A stretch of DNA of 63,218 bases, filler included, from Octopus bimaculoides (taxonomy: Eukaryota): the NCBI RefSeq assembly GCF_001194135.2. It is 4 parts of 3 records of this genome, joined end to end, with 100 filler letters (N's around TTAATTAATTAA, not from the genome) between each part and the next. Parts side by side here need not be neighbours in the genome. Positions count along the whole stretch, not along the records: positions 1 to 29,715 come from NC_068982.1; 3 more parts are not named here. One strand, given 5' to 3'. The notes beneath the pieces were generated by a model. That model saw only the letters and a list, made by a program, of their open reading frames with translations, did not search any database and was not told the DNA's origin. Both the position numbers and the translations under genes were made by a program. Shown piece after piece: positions 13,490 to 26,289 of this stretch. The first letter of the stretch is position 1; the number at the start of each line of letters is the position of its first letter.

Positions 13490-13930
13490 CATCATCATCA
13501 TTAACCTCAACAAGAACAACATAGTAACTACGGTGCATTTATTCAAGGAATTATTGACGCTACTACAAACATCTTGCAAGTAAACAGAAACTACAAAGTC
13601 AAATATGCACATAAAAATACTTAAGAGGGAACTAAAGAAAATAAACGAAGAGCGCATGCGTATCTGAATTCTTTATACAAAACAAGTTTTTGTTGCTTAA
13701 CCCCAGTTTTGTTCTGTGAAAGGTAACCTTATGATCGAAAGCATTCCAGCCATCACTCAGGTTGTATTATCATATATTACACTTTCCATTTGAGATACCG
13801 ATATAATTTTTTTCAAGGTGGCAAGCGGTAACATAGGGGAAAAATAAATAATATTTAGAGCAGGCTAAGTTACAACATGACAACTCCTTTGGTAGCTCGT
13901 AACATCGTTGTCGCTTCTTTCTTTTCTTTT

Positions 13931-14180
13931 CTTTTACTTGTTTCAGTCATTAGACAGCGGCCATGTTGCAGCACCGCCAAAAGCAATTTTTTTTTAGTTG
14001 AATGAATCAAATCCAGTGCTTATTTATTGTTAAGCCTCCAGTACTTATTTATTATTAATCCTGGTATTTTTACTCTCGGTGTCTTTTGCCGAACCGCTAT
14101 GTTACGGGGACGTAAACACACCAGCACCGTCTTTCAAGCCGTGGTGGAGGACAAGTACAGACACAAAAACACGCACACAC
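13931..14180 (-). mobile_element. SINE family A, tail and body
   Basis: CTTTTACTTGTTTCAGTCATT...GCCGAACCGCTATGTTACGGGGACGTAAACACACC matches 51409-51600. Confidence 0.85.
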
Positions 14181-14670
14181 ATAGATATATGTATATACTT
14201 AATTATATCAAAGGGAAATGGAAATTAATAAAGATGTTCACTTCCAAGTGGCCTAGCGTATAAAAGTTTACTCCAAAGATTATGAATTACTCATAAGGTA
14301 CAGTGTATATTTAAATACATAAGAGGCATCCACCCATGGGATTCCTTACGCTAGACAGAACAGCTAGGTTCTAGAACCAAAAAATTTGGGATATAATCCC
14401 GAAAGGAACGAAATGAAAAATAAAAACTTTTACCATCTCTTTTCCTGGACCAATTGGTTTCTGACTTTAGTTTAGCAAATAAGATAATTTGCTAGGTGAA
14501 GTCATTTTCAACAGGTACACCTAAGACTAAAATATATAAACACGAGGCAATCAATTCCATGCCTCTCGTTTATGCATCCTAATTTTTCAGGTCCTTATGT
14601 CCTTATGAATGGGATTTGGTAGACTAAAACGGAAAGAAGCTCGTCCTATATTTTATATATGTCTCCGTAT

Positions 14671-14707
14671 TCTTTCTGTTGAAGAGCGTAGCTCGAAACG
14701 TTAAAGA
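14671..14707 (+). ncRNA. Minimal type-I hammerhead-like motif (A6U core)
   Basis: TCTTT-CTGTTGAA-GAGC GTA GCTC-GAAAC-GT-T-AAAGA: 5-bp stem I, 4-bp stem II, ACGU stem III. Confidence 0.55.
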
Positions 14708-14910
14708 CTTTCCGTATTCCCGAGCGTCATACTAATNNNNNNNNNNNNNNNNNNNNNNNNNNNNNNNNNNNNNNNNNNNNNNNNNNNNNNNNNNNNNNNN
14801 NNNNNNNNNNNNNNNNNNNNNNNNNNNNNNNNNNNNNNNNNNNNNNNNNNNNNNNNNNNNNNNNNNNNNNNNNNNNNNNNNNNTATATATATATATATAT
14901 ATATATGATA

Positions 14911-15075
14911 TACGACGAATTTCTTTCCGTTTCCGTCAAACAAATCCACTCATAAGACTTTGGTCAGTCCGAGGCTATAGTAGAAGACACTAGCCCAACG
15001 TGCCACGCAGTGGGACTGAACCTGGAACCATGTGGTTGGGAAGCAAGCTTCTTACCACACAGCCCACTACCGCCT
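14911..15075 (-). mobile_element. SINE family A, tRNA-like head
   Basis: Minus strand GCTGTGTGGTAAGAAGCTTGC (A box-like) and GGTTCAGTCCC (B box-like); matches 51780-51946. Confidence 0.88.
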
Positions 15076-15546
15076 ATCTCATTCTTTTCTAAACCTCTAC
15101 ATGCTAAACGCCACAGTAAATGAAACCTAAGTTGGTTGGAAACATGATTCGTCAAAATAACTTTGAAGCAAGTTTAAAGGTATTTTGGTATACATATAAT
15201 TATACCACGCTTGAATTTTCATTATCTTCCATGTTTGTTTTGGATCTTTTTGCTGTTACGTCCCCACCGCCTTGACTTCCCCCTCCTGATACTGTGGTGG
15301 GTGGACATGCAGGGAATGAACCAACTAGATAATGAATCGCTTGAAATTCAAAGACGACTCACCAACTTGATATAAATTATATATATATATAATTTAAATA
15401 TAGGATAAAATCTTTATAAGAATTTATCATGTAGTTAGCGTGAAAAAACCTTATAAGGGAAAAATATATTAATTATTCCCTATGTATAAACAAATGTATT
15501 TATTTATTTTAATTTACGCCCTTAATATAAATAAATAAATATATAC

Positions 15547-15549
<3 letters not shown>

Positions 15550-15637
<88 letters not shown>
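15550..15637. repeat. (GT)n microsatellite
   Basis: Direct reading of the sequence. Confidence 0.97.
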
Positions 15638-15639
<2 letters not shown>

Positions 15640-15641
<2 letters not shown>

Positions 15642-15825
15642 TCTTTGTGTATGTGTTTACGTCCCCGTAACTTATCGGTTCGGCGTTAGAAACCGACAGA
15701 ATAAACGCCAGGTTTAACAAAAGATGAGATCTGGGGTCGATTCATTCGACTAGAAATCTTTCAACGCGGTTCCCTAGCATGGCTTCAGTCAAATGACTGA
15801 AACTAGTAAAAAAAGATAAAAGACT
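15640..15825 (+). mobile_element. SINE family A, body and tail
   Basis: GTGTTTACGTCCCCGTAACTT...GGGGTCGATTCATTCGACT...AAATGACTGAAAC. Confidence 0.85.
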
Positions 15826-16323
15826 ATACCTAGTTGCATCTAAATTTAAGAAACGTTTCGATAATCAACGGGACAAAACGGGAAAAATCTTCAAAATTAT
15901 GTATCTTTATAGTTGTATTGTTACCATCAACATCTCTTTAATATTTTACAACTCAAAGAAAAAACAAAAACAAAACAAAAAGCTATAAACCAACGGCACA
16001 ATACAAATAAAACACGAAGATTTTCCAGTTTCTGCTACAGGTTGAAAGCACTTGGATACATAGCAGATCGGTACATTAAATAAGAGGCTTTAAAAACAAT
16101 TGGGTTCGATATGATCAATTGAAATTCTTCATATCCCAGCTCGGTTTCAGTCCAATGATGGAAATGAATAACTCAATCAACTAAAAGCAATCAGATATGG
16201 GAATACCAACCAGAGTCTTAAATTCTTAGCGAAAATAATTTCCATTGTTTCTTGGCAGACCTTAAAACGTAATAAGCATGATAAGTAAAACCTAATTTTC
16301 CTTAGCAATATACGAAATGATAG

Positions 16324-16326
<3 letters not shown>

Positions 16327-16377
<51 letters not shown>

Positions 16378-16465
16378 CTCTCTCTCTCTCTGGTCTACTC
16401 TCTCTCTCTGGTCTACTCTCTCTCTCTGGTCTACTCTCTCTCTCTCTCTGGCCTACTCTCTCTCT
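16327..16465. repeat. (CT)n microsatellite with periodic GG(T/C)CTA interruptions
   Basis: Five interruptions about 17-21 bp apart. Confidence 0.9.
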
Positions 16466-16532
16466 GTCACGCACACACACTTACACACACTCACACAAGC
16501 ATAATATATATATAAGTACTTACGTGTACTTT

Positions 16533-16565
<33 letters not shown>

Positions 16566-17617
16566 ATTTGCACATATGCATATTTGTATTAGAATATGGG
16601 AACAATAAGCGATAGCTGGAATAAATAGCATAGAAGCTTCTATGAGCGCGTTCAAAAACGTTTCACAGAACCGGACTCATATATATATATATATATAAAT
16701 TTATATATATATATATATATATATATGCCCTACACATATATCTTCTAAACGTACATAAGCACACAAACATGCATACATATGCACTCATACATGTATACAT
16801 ATATACCTATATACTTGCATTCATACACTCTCAAATACGCACACACATACACTTATTAATACATTCATAAGTTGTATCTAGGTTACGGGTTAAATTTGCA
16901 TCAATTTTATTCAAGAATTCCATTCAGAAACCTTATTATTGCAGCGAAGTAAAAAGCAAAATCCATTTCTAAGTTTATCTGCTTGGAAGTTTGTGATATC
17001 CATGTCTTTCTGAATAGCATTAGCCATATCGGGGAGGTGATATAGATTATTCTAAGAACCGAATTCAAATAAAAGAATGAAAGAAATCTCGCCGTGAACT
17101 TCTAGTGTATAAATGTGATGTTTATCAAGAAAAATAACATAACAAATAAAAAAAAAATGGACGCAAAATGAAAAACAAAGAGATTATCAACAAGATAAAT
17201 AAAAATGAGGAGAAATATTGGGCTAGTACAGCAAATGTGGTCATTTTAAATTTTTCGTTCGCATGAGGTAATGTTTTATAAAATATACGTTTTTGTTTGC
17301 TGACTAGATAAAGGTATTTTTTTCTGTTTATGTTTGTAAATATAAACAGAATATTATATTTCCAAAATCCAGTCTAATATTCAAAAAGAAATGTTCGAAG
17401 CGTATAAAACCTAAAAATAATGTGTTTACATTGAATTATCAGCTGAAGATTACGAAGATCGAAATACTTTAAACATTTTTAGAAATATTTATGAAATAAA
17501 AAAAAATGAAAAAAATTAAAAACTCACTGACAACTTTTCATACAAAGGAAATACAAATGTGCAAACACACACTCACACATACACACACGCACACTCTTAT
17601 TTACTTTCAATTACACG

Positions 17618-17666
<49 letters not shown>

Positions 17667-17676
17667 NNNNNNNNNN

Positions 17677-17718
<42 letters not shown>

Positions 17719-18178
17719 GTATATACATGAACACACACATACACGCACACACATATATGTGCATACATACACACGCGCATATATTTATACTCACACACAG
17801 GCACCTCACGTGTGCTTTATATGTATATATTCTCAAATGTATAGAAGCATATTCTTTCGGGAAAATTTTGAAAAATAATAAGGAAATGGATATTTGTACA
17901 TTGTATAAGTGTAATTTAGTCTATGTCATGAATATACAGCATTAACTTTGATCCAATCAAATTATTCAAAATCGAAAATATATTTACTCCAGATTTTATG
18001 AAAAAGATAATATAAAATAAACAGGAAAAAATTATAGTCTATCATTATATTTAATAAATTTAAAATGTTTCGTAAAAGTATGAAGGCACGTACTATTTCT
18101 AGATGTAGAACACGTTATCTATACATTAGTTTGTACTAACTGTTTATATACAATTTGTTTTTATTTTATTTCTTGCAG

Positions 18179-18218
18179 AAGACTAAAATCTCTTACTATC
18201 CTTCAGCTCTTATTAGAT
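18179..18218 (+). CDS. Candidate 40-nt internal exon; product unknown
   Basis: TACTAAC branch site at 18134-18140, T-rich tract ending TCTTGCAG, donor AT|GTAAGT; two open frames (KTKISYYPSALIR or RLKSLTILQLLLD). Confidence 0.5.
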
Positions 18219-18310
18219 GTAAGTTTTAAGGAAAAAAACATAGTTCTACAAGATGACATCAAGAGAACGTTAAAATTGTAATGTTTTGTAGATCAGATTT
18301 TCTTCCTTTA

Positions 18311-18700
18311 TTCCTTTACTTGTTTCAGTCATTTGACTGCAGCCATGCTGGAGCACCGCCTTAAAGAATTTTAGTCGAAGAATTCGACCACAGAACTTAT
18401 TCTTTATAAGCCTTATTCTTATTCTGTCAGTCTATTTTGCCGAACTGCTAAGTTGTGGGGACGTTATCACACCAACAGCGCTGTCAAGCAATGGTGGAGG
18501 ACAAACAGACACAAAACACATACACACATAAATTAATACATATACATACAATAAGCTTCTTTTCAGTTTCTGTCTATGTAATCTACTCTGAAGACTTTGG
18601 TCGGTCCGAGGCTATAATAGAAGACGCTTACCAAGGCACCATGCACTGGGACTGAACCGGGAACCATGTTGTTGGGAAGTAAGCTTCTTACCACACAGCC
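18311..18700 (-). mobile_element. SINE family A, near full length
   Basis: Colinear with 51409-51946, including head, CA/TA-rich internal spacer and tail. Confidence 0.9.
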
Positions 18701-20172
18701 AAGATTACATTTTCCAATCTGACGTTTGTTACTTAATATGGTAAGGTGTGGTCTGATGAGAAATTAGTTGCTATCTCTCAGATTTTGCACTCACGTTGTC
18801 TTTCAGTTTTCCCTTTCATACTAACGGAGTCGATGAACAAATACCACAAGGTAAAAGACGAGATGCCTTGTAGTAGTTCTTCCAGATCCTTCTATTAAGT
18901 TCAAATCCAGCCGTGGTATTTGTTTTTATTTTACCTAAAATACTTTTGAGAATATCTTCACCAATACTATTACTGGATATATGTGAGGTTACATTTTGAA
19001 TCAAATAAGTAAGTATATTTGAATTAAGGGCATTGATCTTATTTTGTTTTGCCGGCTTTGGTTGCTGTTTCGTATATACGAACATATGTATAATGCATGT
19101 GTTCGTGTATATATTAATATATATATATATTTATGTAACTCTTTATGTATGTATGTATGTATGTATGTATGTATGTATGTATCTATCAATATANNNNNNN
19201 NNNNNNNNNNNNNNNNNNNNNNNNNNNNNNNNNNNNNNNNNNNNNNNNNNNNNNNNNNNNNNNNNNNNNNNNNNNNNNNNNNNNNNNNNNNNNNNNNNNN
19301 NNNNNNNNNNNNNNNNNNNNNNNNNNNNNNNNNNNNNNNNNNNNNNNNNNNNNNNNNNNNNNNNNNNNNNNNNNNNNNNNNNNNNNNNNNNNNNNNNNNN
19401 NNNNNNNNNNNNNNNNNNNNNNNNNNNNNNNNNNNNNNNNNNNNNNNNNNNNNNNNNNNNNNNNNNNNNNNNNNNNNNNNNNNNNNNNNNNNNNNNNNNN
19501 NNNNNNNNNNNNNNNNNNNNNNNNNNNNNNNNNNNNNNNNNNNNNNNNNNNNNNNNNNNNNNNNNNNNNNNNNNNNNNNNNNNNNNNNNNNNNNNNNNNN
19601 NNNNNNNNNNNNNNNNNNNNNNNNNNNNNNNNNNNNNNNNNNNNNNNNNNNNNNNNNNNNNNNNNNNNNNNNNNNNNNNNNNNNNNNNNNNNNNNNNNNN
19701 NNNNNNNNNNNNNNNNNNNNNNNNNNNNNNNNNNNNNNNNNNNNNNNNNNNNNNNNNNNNNNNNNNNNNNNNNNNNNNNNNNNNNNNNNNNNNNNNNNNN
19801 NNNNNNNNNNNNNNNNNNNNNNNNNNNNNNNNNNNNNNNNNNNNNNNNNNNNNNNNNNNNNNNNNNNNNNNNNNNNNNNNNNNNNNNNNNNNNNNNNNNN
19901 NNNNNNNNNNNNNNNNNNNNNNNNNNNNNNNNNNNNNNNNNNGTAGTGACAAAATTAAGGAAAAAACAAACAAACAAAAAACAAAGTTATACCGGTAGCC
20001 GTTGTCACATGTAAGATTAACCAAAATGGCAATTTTCATATTGGAATGGCTACTAATCAGTTGAAGAGCTTGACTTCTTCAACGTAATTATATATTTAGA
20101 AGATAACACATATTAAACAGTTACAATGTTAGTGAACGCCAACGTTTATCTGAAGCATCAGTTAGTACTTAC

Positions 20173-20215
20173 TCAGCTGTTTTATGTAGGCTCTCTTCCT
20201 CGCTTAGTCGATTCT
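20173..20215 (-). CDS. Candidate 43-nt exon
   Basis: TTTTACCATATAG|AGAATCG...GCTGA|GTAAGT; one open frame, NRLSEEESLHKTA. Confidence 0.3.
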
Positions 20216-20838
20216 CTATATGGTAAAATATTTCCTTTAAAATGACAAGCAGTAATTCAAAAATTGATTGTTCGTCCATAAAATAGTTCACTGTAAAAAA
20301 CCCCAACAAAAAGAAAAGATGTTTTGTCCCAATAAATTTTCACATTACCTACCAACAAGTTTTTTCAACAAGCACACAAACACGCATACGTTTCTACAGA
20401 TAAATACATACACCAAACAGTTCATAACTGTTCATACAGGCATTAAGTAATGCCTTATCAAAACACACATACAAGCATCGGTCTATGAAAATACAGTCCT
20501 TCGAAATAAATTATGTCTTTGACATTAAATATTGCCGTCTCAAAACAGACAGAGAAACATATGCATAAAAGTTTGAAAGAAGATCATAGACGAACCTCTC
20601 ACTTATATGCCCGCCAAAAGGTTTTAATGAACAAAGTCGCAGAAAATTCACATACGTAACTTTCGATGAAATAGCATGTCTTATAAATGAATTAATTAGT
20701 CTACTACTACCATAAGTTGCCTGTGATCTTTAAAATACAAAGGAATGTATAATAATAACTATATTCCACATTATCCCACATTACCTATAACATTAATCGG
20801 GAACCAATCTAATATTATATATTAGTTCAGATTATATA

Positions 20839-20900
<62 letters not shown>

Positions 20901-21089
20901 GTATGTATGTATATATGTATGTATGTATATATGTATATATGTATAAATTTTGCTGTACTAAAACCAATTACAGTGAATGAAAGAACGCTTTTCTTACTCG
21001 TAGTCCAACATTTGTCGGGACAATAGAAATTGAACGATCCTCTGAGTTTCGATCACAGTATCCAGGTTCAAGACGAACGACCTAACAAG

Positions 21090-21420
21090 AAATAAATGTT
21101 CATCATACCGAACTGGTTTTCCAGTGAGATCGCTCTCAACCACAATAATTTCTATGAGTCGTACTCTACTGCTAGATAGTTATTGAGTCTATGCCTCGTT
21201 CATCTGTTCTTTTCGCGAGTCTTGCATATGTCGTACTTGGTTTCTAGCACTGTCCTCACCAAGTTATCAATATTGTGGGTGCCAATTTCGTCATCAGTGA
21301 CACGACAATGTGTACCATGTTAAAGAGATAGACATCTGTCAACCAGCACCTGAAAGGGTATATTGTCCAACTATCCGTTAACTTAGAGGAATAGAGATAA
21401 TGGCCGTAGATAAGTCTGTG
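21090..21420 (-). mobile_element. Heavily decayed RTE-like LINE C-terminal fragment
   Basis: Minus strand FQVLVDRCL...VTDDEI resembles the RTE motif LQVFVNRCLR...ISNEEL. Confidence 0.4.
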
Positions 21421-22149
21421 TAGCTCGGGATGAAGAAATCAGTTAAACGATTTCAACAGTTGCTGGTGCACATGAAAATTAAAAAAAAAATTGAGATGCA
21501 AAAATCCAAAATGAATTTGCTTGAGTCATAAGCTTAAAGCATTATTTTATGTGCGCAAGCTATAGACAACATACACTGTAGGCATCTTCAACGTCATCTA
21601 AAATGATTCCATTAGCAGTGTTTGTTGCACATTATGAGAATGTGTACAAACACTTTATATTGGACACTTTAGTGCTACAGTAAGCTCATTTGTCAAATGA
21701 AGAGTCTTATCGTAAGGAAACAACGACTAAAATTCTCTGGTCATATAACATTTGGCGGAGACATTTGCTCAAACACTGTATGATGAAGTGAATCTGGGAA
21801 AGCGCTTGCAATGCATGCCGCGGAATTGAAATAGATATGAAAGGAAAGCAAAAACAGCATTGGCTCCGATATCCGAGAGGTCAAATATCAAAAAGATACC
21901 TTTGGAGAAGTATAGTTGCAAGTGAAAAAAGTTTGAGATCAAACGCATAGTATATGTTCCAACATCGTACATGCTGCACGATGTAAGAATACTGTAGAAC
22001 AACTTTCACGAAAGGTATGCAAAGCAGTCCCCGTATTATAATGTCTGTAATCATATGTGCTTTTCAAAGTAAGTAATCACTATCTCATAAGACCGGCTGC
22101 CTAGTTTCCGTGGAGTATAAATGACCGAGATCACAACTAACGTTCCTGA

Positions 22150-22330
22150 ATTGGAAACCCGTCCGTTGCAGGGGTATTCATTTACAAGTGAGTGGACTGG
22201 AGCGCAGTGAAATGAAGTGTTTCGCTGAAGAACACAAAGCATCACCCAGAACACAAAGTAGTCCGGGAACCGAAACCTCAATATTGCAATCCTGAGTACA
22301 ACATCCTAAAAAATACGTCACACGCCTTCA
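22150..22330 (-). mobile_element. tRNA-derived SINE with a CORE/V-like core (family C)
   Basis: Minus strand tRNA-like head (GGTTTCGGTTCCCGGA) followed by GTGTTCTTCAGCGAAACACTTCATTTCACTGCGCTCCAGTCCACTCA. Confidence 0.6.
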
Positions 22331-24116
22331 CTTAGCTTTCGAAAGCGAGTTTAATTAACTATGACTGGTGCCATCCTACTGTTAATCTTTAATAAAATAA
22401 TCGTTGATTCGTACATGTTGCTTGTGTACCATTGTATGTTGCTCAATCATTTCAACGCATGCTTTTGAAATGCACAAATTACGGCATATAAACAGAGATG
22501 TCTAGCTTGTTGAATGAGTTGCAGGTGAGTGATTTGATATAGGTGTCGCCTCAGAAGTCATCACCAACAAGAAAACGTACGCTAAAAGTTCTGTCAATGT
22601 CTAAGAAGCAGCTGTACATGGATACTCCATACACGCAGCCCACCACACCTATTTTATCAAAATTTCTAATAGTTTTCTGCATAGTCATGATGATTATACA
22701 ACAGTCGACATGAAACTAGGTAAACATAAATAAAAATTCTGTTAGGAGTTCAATCTATATAATTGACTTAGTGTTCAGGACTGAAATAAAAGTTACCGTA
22801 TACTATTAACCATTTGTTGACAAAACGAACTCGATGTGTATCAGTTAGGATGGCGTTTAAATAATGACATTTCTAATGGGATGTTTTATTGGGGATTAAA
22901 TTAATTGTTGTCAGCATCAACAGTTAACTTGAATAAATTGCTTTGACATATAAACAAAGAGGAATAAAGAATCGAATGACAGAAATTTTAAAGTTATTTA
23001 CTGTCAGCTCTTCGTTATCAGCAAATCTTAGTTCTTCAACTAGATTTAAGATTATATCCATTAATTTAGTTTAAACAGAGATGCCATCAGAAAAGAGACA
23101 CATTATCACCAGGGATATTTACTGAATGTGTGCAAATGTCAAGTTACTGAATTATATATATATATATATATCAACTCCAGCACTTATCGACATCCTTCTA
23201 AAACTTGTTTAAATAAATATTTCTTACTAATAATTCATTCAACAGAAGACAAGCAGTCTTTATCTTCACAGCTTCATCCTAAATGTGACATATTAGTAAT
23301 CATTATCTAACGCGATAGTGTACATTAGGTTTCAAGTTATTTTCACGACGTGGCAAAGGCGAATCGAAAGTCTGAATGTTAAGTGATGAGAAGTTGCTAA
23401 TAATGATGTCTAATATTGATAAAATGACCGACCAATTTTCAGACGATGAGTAGAGTAACTGAGTAATGTTCTCCACGAAATGTTCGGTAGTAGAATTCTA
23501 GCGATTCCAATATGATAAAAGGAAAAGTAGACCACAGCGGAGTCTGCACTTTCATTCAATGGACCGCAAATATTTGTTGATAAAAAAAATTTCAGCATTA
23601 ACATATAACATTACAAATTTGGGTGGAGTGGGGTAAAATGAAGTAGACGTCTTTGCTTGTCTAGTGTTTAATGCAAATGCACTAGACATACAGTGGAACG
23701 ACAGGAGAGAGAACTCATTTATTGGAACTTTGTGGCCTGGTATTTTGATCTTCTACCTGCATGCGATAGGTCTGATCCATTAGAATTAACTTAAAGATAG
23801 CAAAACTAGCAAAATTTATAAAGCCAACAGCCATGTAAAAATAAATGACGATGTTGCTATTGGCAGCATTCGAAATAAGAAAGAGACATAATCAGAAGCT
23901 GCAATATAGTAGAGCCAACACGCTGCCAAGCTTGTCATGCAACTAACTATTGCATGGTACATAGAGAAATTAATTAAGTATAGACATTGCATAAAAGTTA
24001 AAAATAAATTATAATTGGAATCATTAAGATGTTCTATTAACACTTGCAGAACAAATCCACACTTTACTTCGTCTGCAAGACTATATATATGTATGTGTGT
24101 GTGCGTGAGTGTGTGT

Positions 24117-24173
<57 letters not shown>

Positions 24174-24805
24174 NNNNNNNNNNNNNNNNNNNNNNNNNNN
24201 NNNNNNNNNNNNNNNNNNNNNNNNNNNNNNNNNNNNNNNNNNNNNNNNNNNNNNNNNNNNNNNNNNNNNNNNNNNNNNNNNNNNNNNNNNNNNNNNNNNN
24301 NNNNNNNNNNNNNNNNNNNNNNNNNNNNNNNNNNNNNNNNNNNNNNNNNNNNNNNNNNNNNNNNNNNNNNNNNNNNNNNNNNNNNNNNNNNNNNNNNNNN
24401 NNNNNNNNNNNNNNNNNNNNNNNNNNNNNNNNNNNNNNNNNNNNNNNNNNNNNNNNNNNNNNNNNNNNNNNNNNNNNNNNNNNNNNNNNNNNNNNNNNNN
24501 NNNNNNNNNNNNNNNNNNNNNNNNNNNNNNNNNNNNNNNNNNNNNNNNNNNNNNNNNNNNNNNNNNNNNNNNNNNNNNNNNNNNNNNNNNNNNNNNNNNN
24601 NNNNNNTTTATATGCCACTCCTCTGTGTGCGTATATTAATTTACTGTTATATATATGGCCGTATAATATGTGGTTCTATACAGATATTTATGCATTAATG
24701 CCGTATGTATTTGAATACATTTTCCCCATAAAAAATTTGTAAACATGTATGTTGTGCATATATGTGCGTATGTTTCTACGTCTCACTCTCCTCATCTCTG
24801 ACAAT

Positions 24806-24847
<42 letters not shown>

Positions 24848-25113
24848 CACTGCTGTTTATCTGTCTGACAGCTATCTATCTCTGTTTATCTATCTCTGTG
24901 TGTAAACTCTGCGAGTTAACATGGGATCCCTCGACGACAATGTAACCTTTATTTGACTAAGGTATCTTTGGCTCGACGAGTCGCTAGCGGATTACCCCTC
25001 CTTTGAATATTTACCACTTCCGAAGACATTTGTCGCCTGGATTTTATCTACTCCATTCACTAATGATGGACATATATACATACATACATACATACATACA
25101 TATAGTAGGGTTT

Positions 25114-25211
25114 AGTAGAAGACATTTGCTCAAGGTGCCACGGATTGTGACTGAAACCGGAACAATGTGGTTGGGAAACAAGCTTCTTACCACAAAGCCA
25201 CGCCTGCGCCT
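25114..25211 (-). mobile_element. SINE family A, head fragment
   Basis: AGTAGAAGACATTTGCTCAAGGTGCCAC...CTTCTTACCACAAAGCCACGCCTGCGCCT matches 51850-51946. Confidence 0.85.
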
Positions 25212-25286
25212 ATATATATATATATANNNNNNNNNNNNNNNNNNNNNNNNNNNNNNNNNNNNNNNNNNNNNNNNNNNNNNNNNNNN

Positions 25287-25326
<40 letters not shown>

Positions 25327-25399
25327 TGAGTGTGAGTGTGTGTGTGTGTATGTGTGTGTATGCCGTTGCGAAAACGATAGAAGCCTTCAGATAACTTAC

Positions 25400-25462
25400 A
25401 GTTGACCTGATATGCTAAGGCCGAATGATCTAACTTCAACGAATAGCAGCAATGCTGGTTTT
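25400..25462 (-). CDS. Candidate 63-nt symmetric exon
   Basis: CTGTTTATTTGTCATGCAG|AAAACC...CAACT|GTAAGT; open in phase 1 (NQHCCYSLKLDHSALAYQVN), which is compatible with 29197-29230. Confidence 0.35.
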
Positions 25463-26020
25463 CTGCATGACAAATAAACAGTCTGATAATATATTTGTAT
25501 CACACAGATGAGACATTTTTTTATTGTGTTGTCATCTCTTCTAAATCCATGGCGCTTAGAAACCTTAATATGATAAAAGATACATTTGTTTATACGCTTT
25601 AGAATAAACTATGTGACTATCTTATCGGTATTTCTATCTTTCTTTCTTGCTTTGTTGTCTATTTAAATGTACGGACATCTGGTATAATTTTCATATCAAT
25701 TACAAAAAAAAAAATGTTTTCTTTGCTGACACATACATCATTGTTGTCTCAGATTGAGAAGAATAGAATCAGCCTTCTACTTGGTTAGTTGTTTTGCAGA
25801 TGAATAGCAATTTAGTTGCAGACAAATGCTAAATTTTGTATCCATTGGTTCAACAAAAAACAGGTGCTATAATAAGGAATTAGCTTAACGATATAACCAA
25901 AGTAACACCAACATATACATTAAATGTTTCTATTCTTGCTTAAAATACTATGAAAGACTAAAATGTTGCCAATGAAGGTATGCTATAAATGATATAACAA
26001 ATTCTGATTTTATGTTTTAG

Positions 26021-26056
26021 TTCCTGTGGCTGTTTTCTTAGAAAGTCCAAAACAAG
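26021..26056 (+). CDS. Candidate 36-nt symmetric exon
   Basis: TTCTGATTTTATGTTTTAG|TTCCTG...AACAAG|GTAAGA; open frames PVAVFLESPKQ or SCGCFLRKSKT. Confidence 0.4.
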
Positions 26057-26289
26057 GTAAGAAGTCACTTAGAGTAAGAAACTATGATAAATTAAGTTGA
26101 AAGGAATGAGTTTGCTTAATACTTGAAACAGTTCATGCTATAAGAAGAGGGAAATCAAGGAGATGGAATAGATGGAACGTATAGAAGGTTGAGGAAAAAG
26201 GATACAACTGTAGAAAGACTTTCCCATTCGTGGAAGTAAAATAGCGCTTGGATTAAGACGCTGTGAGTTTCGAGTCAGGCAAGATGGCA

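Noticed and set aside
16650-16682. Minus-strand ATGAGTCC...GAAACGTT as a hammerhead
   Set aside because: Stem II and stem I do not pair.
23816-24043. Hydrophobic ORF as the missing cadherin transmembrane exon
   Set aside because: It ends in a stop with no donor and no basic juxtamembrane residues; hydrophobic ORFs are common in T-rich DNA.
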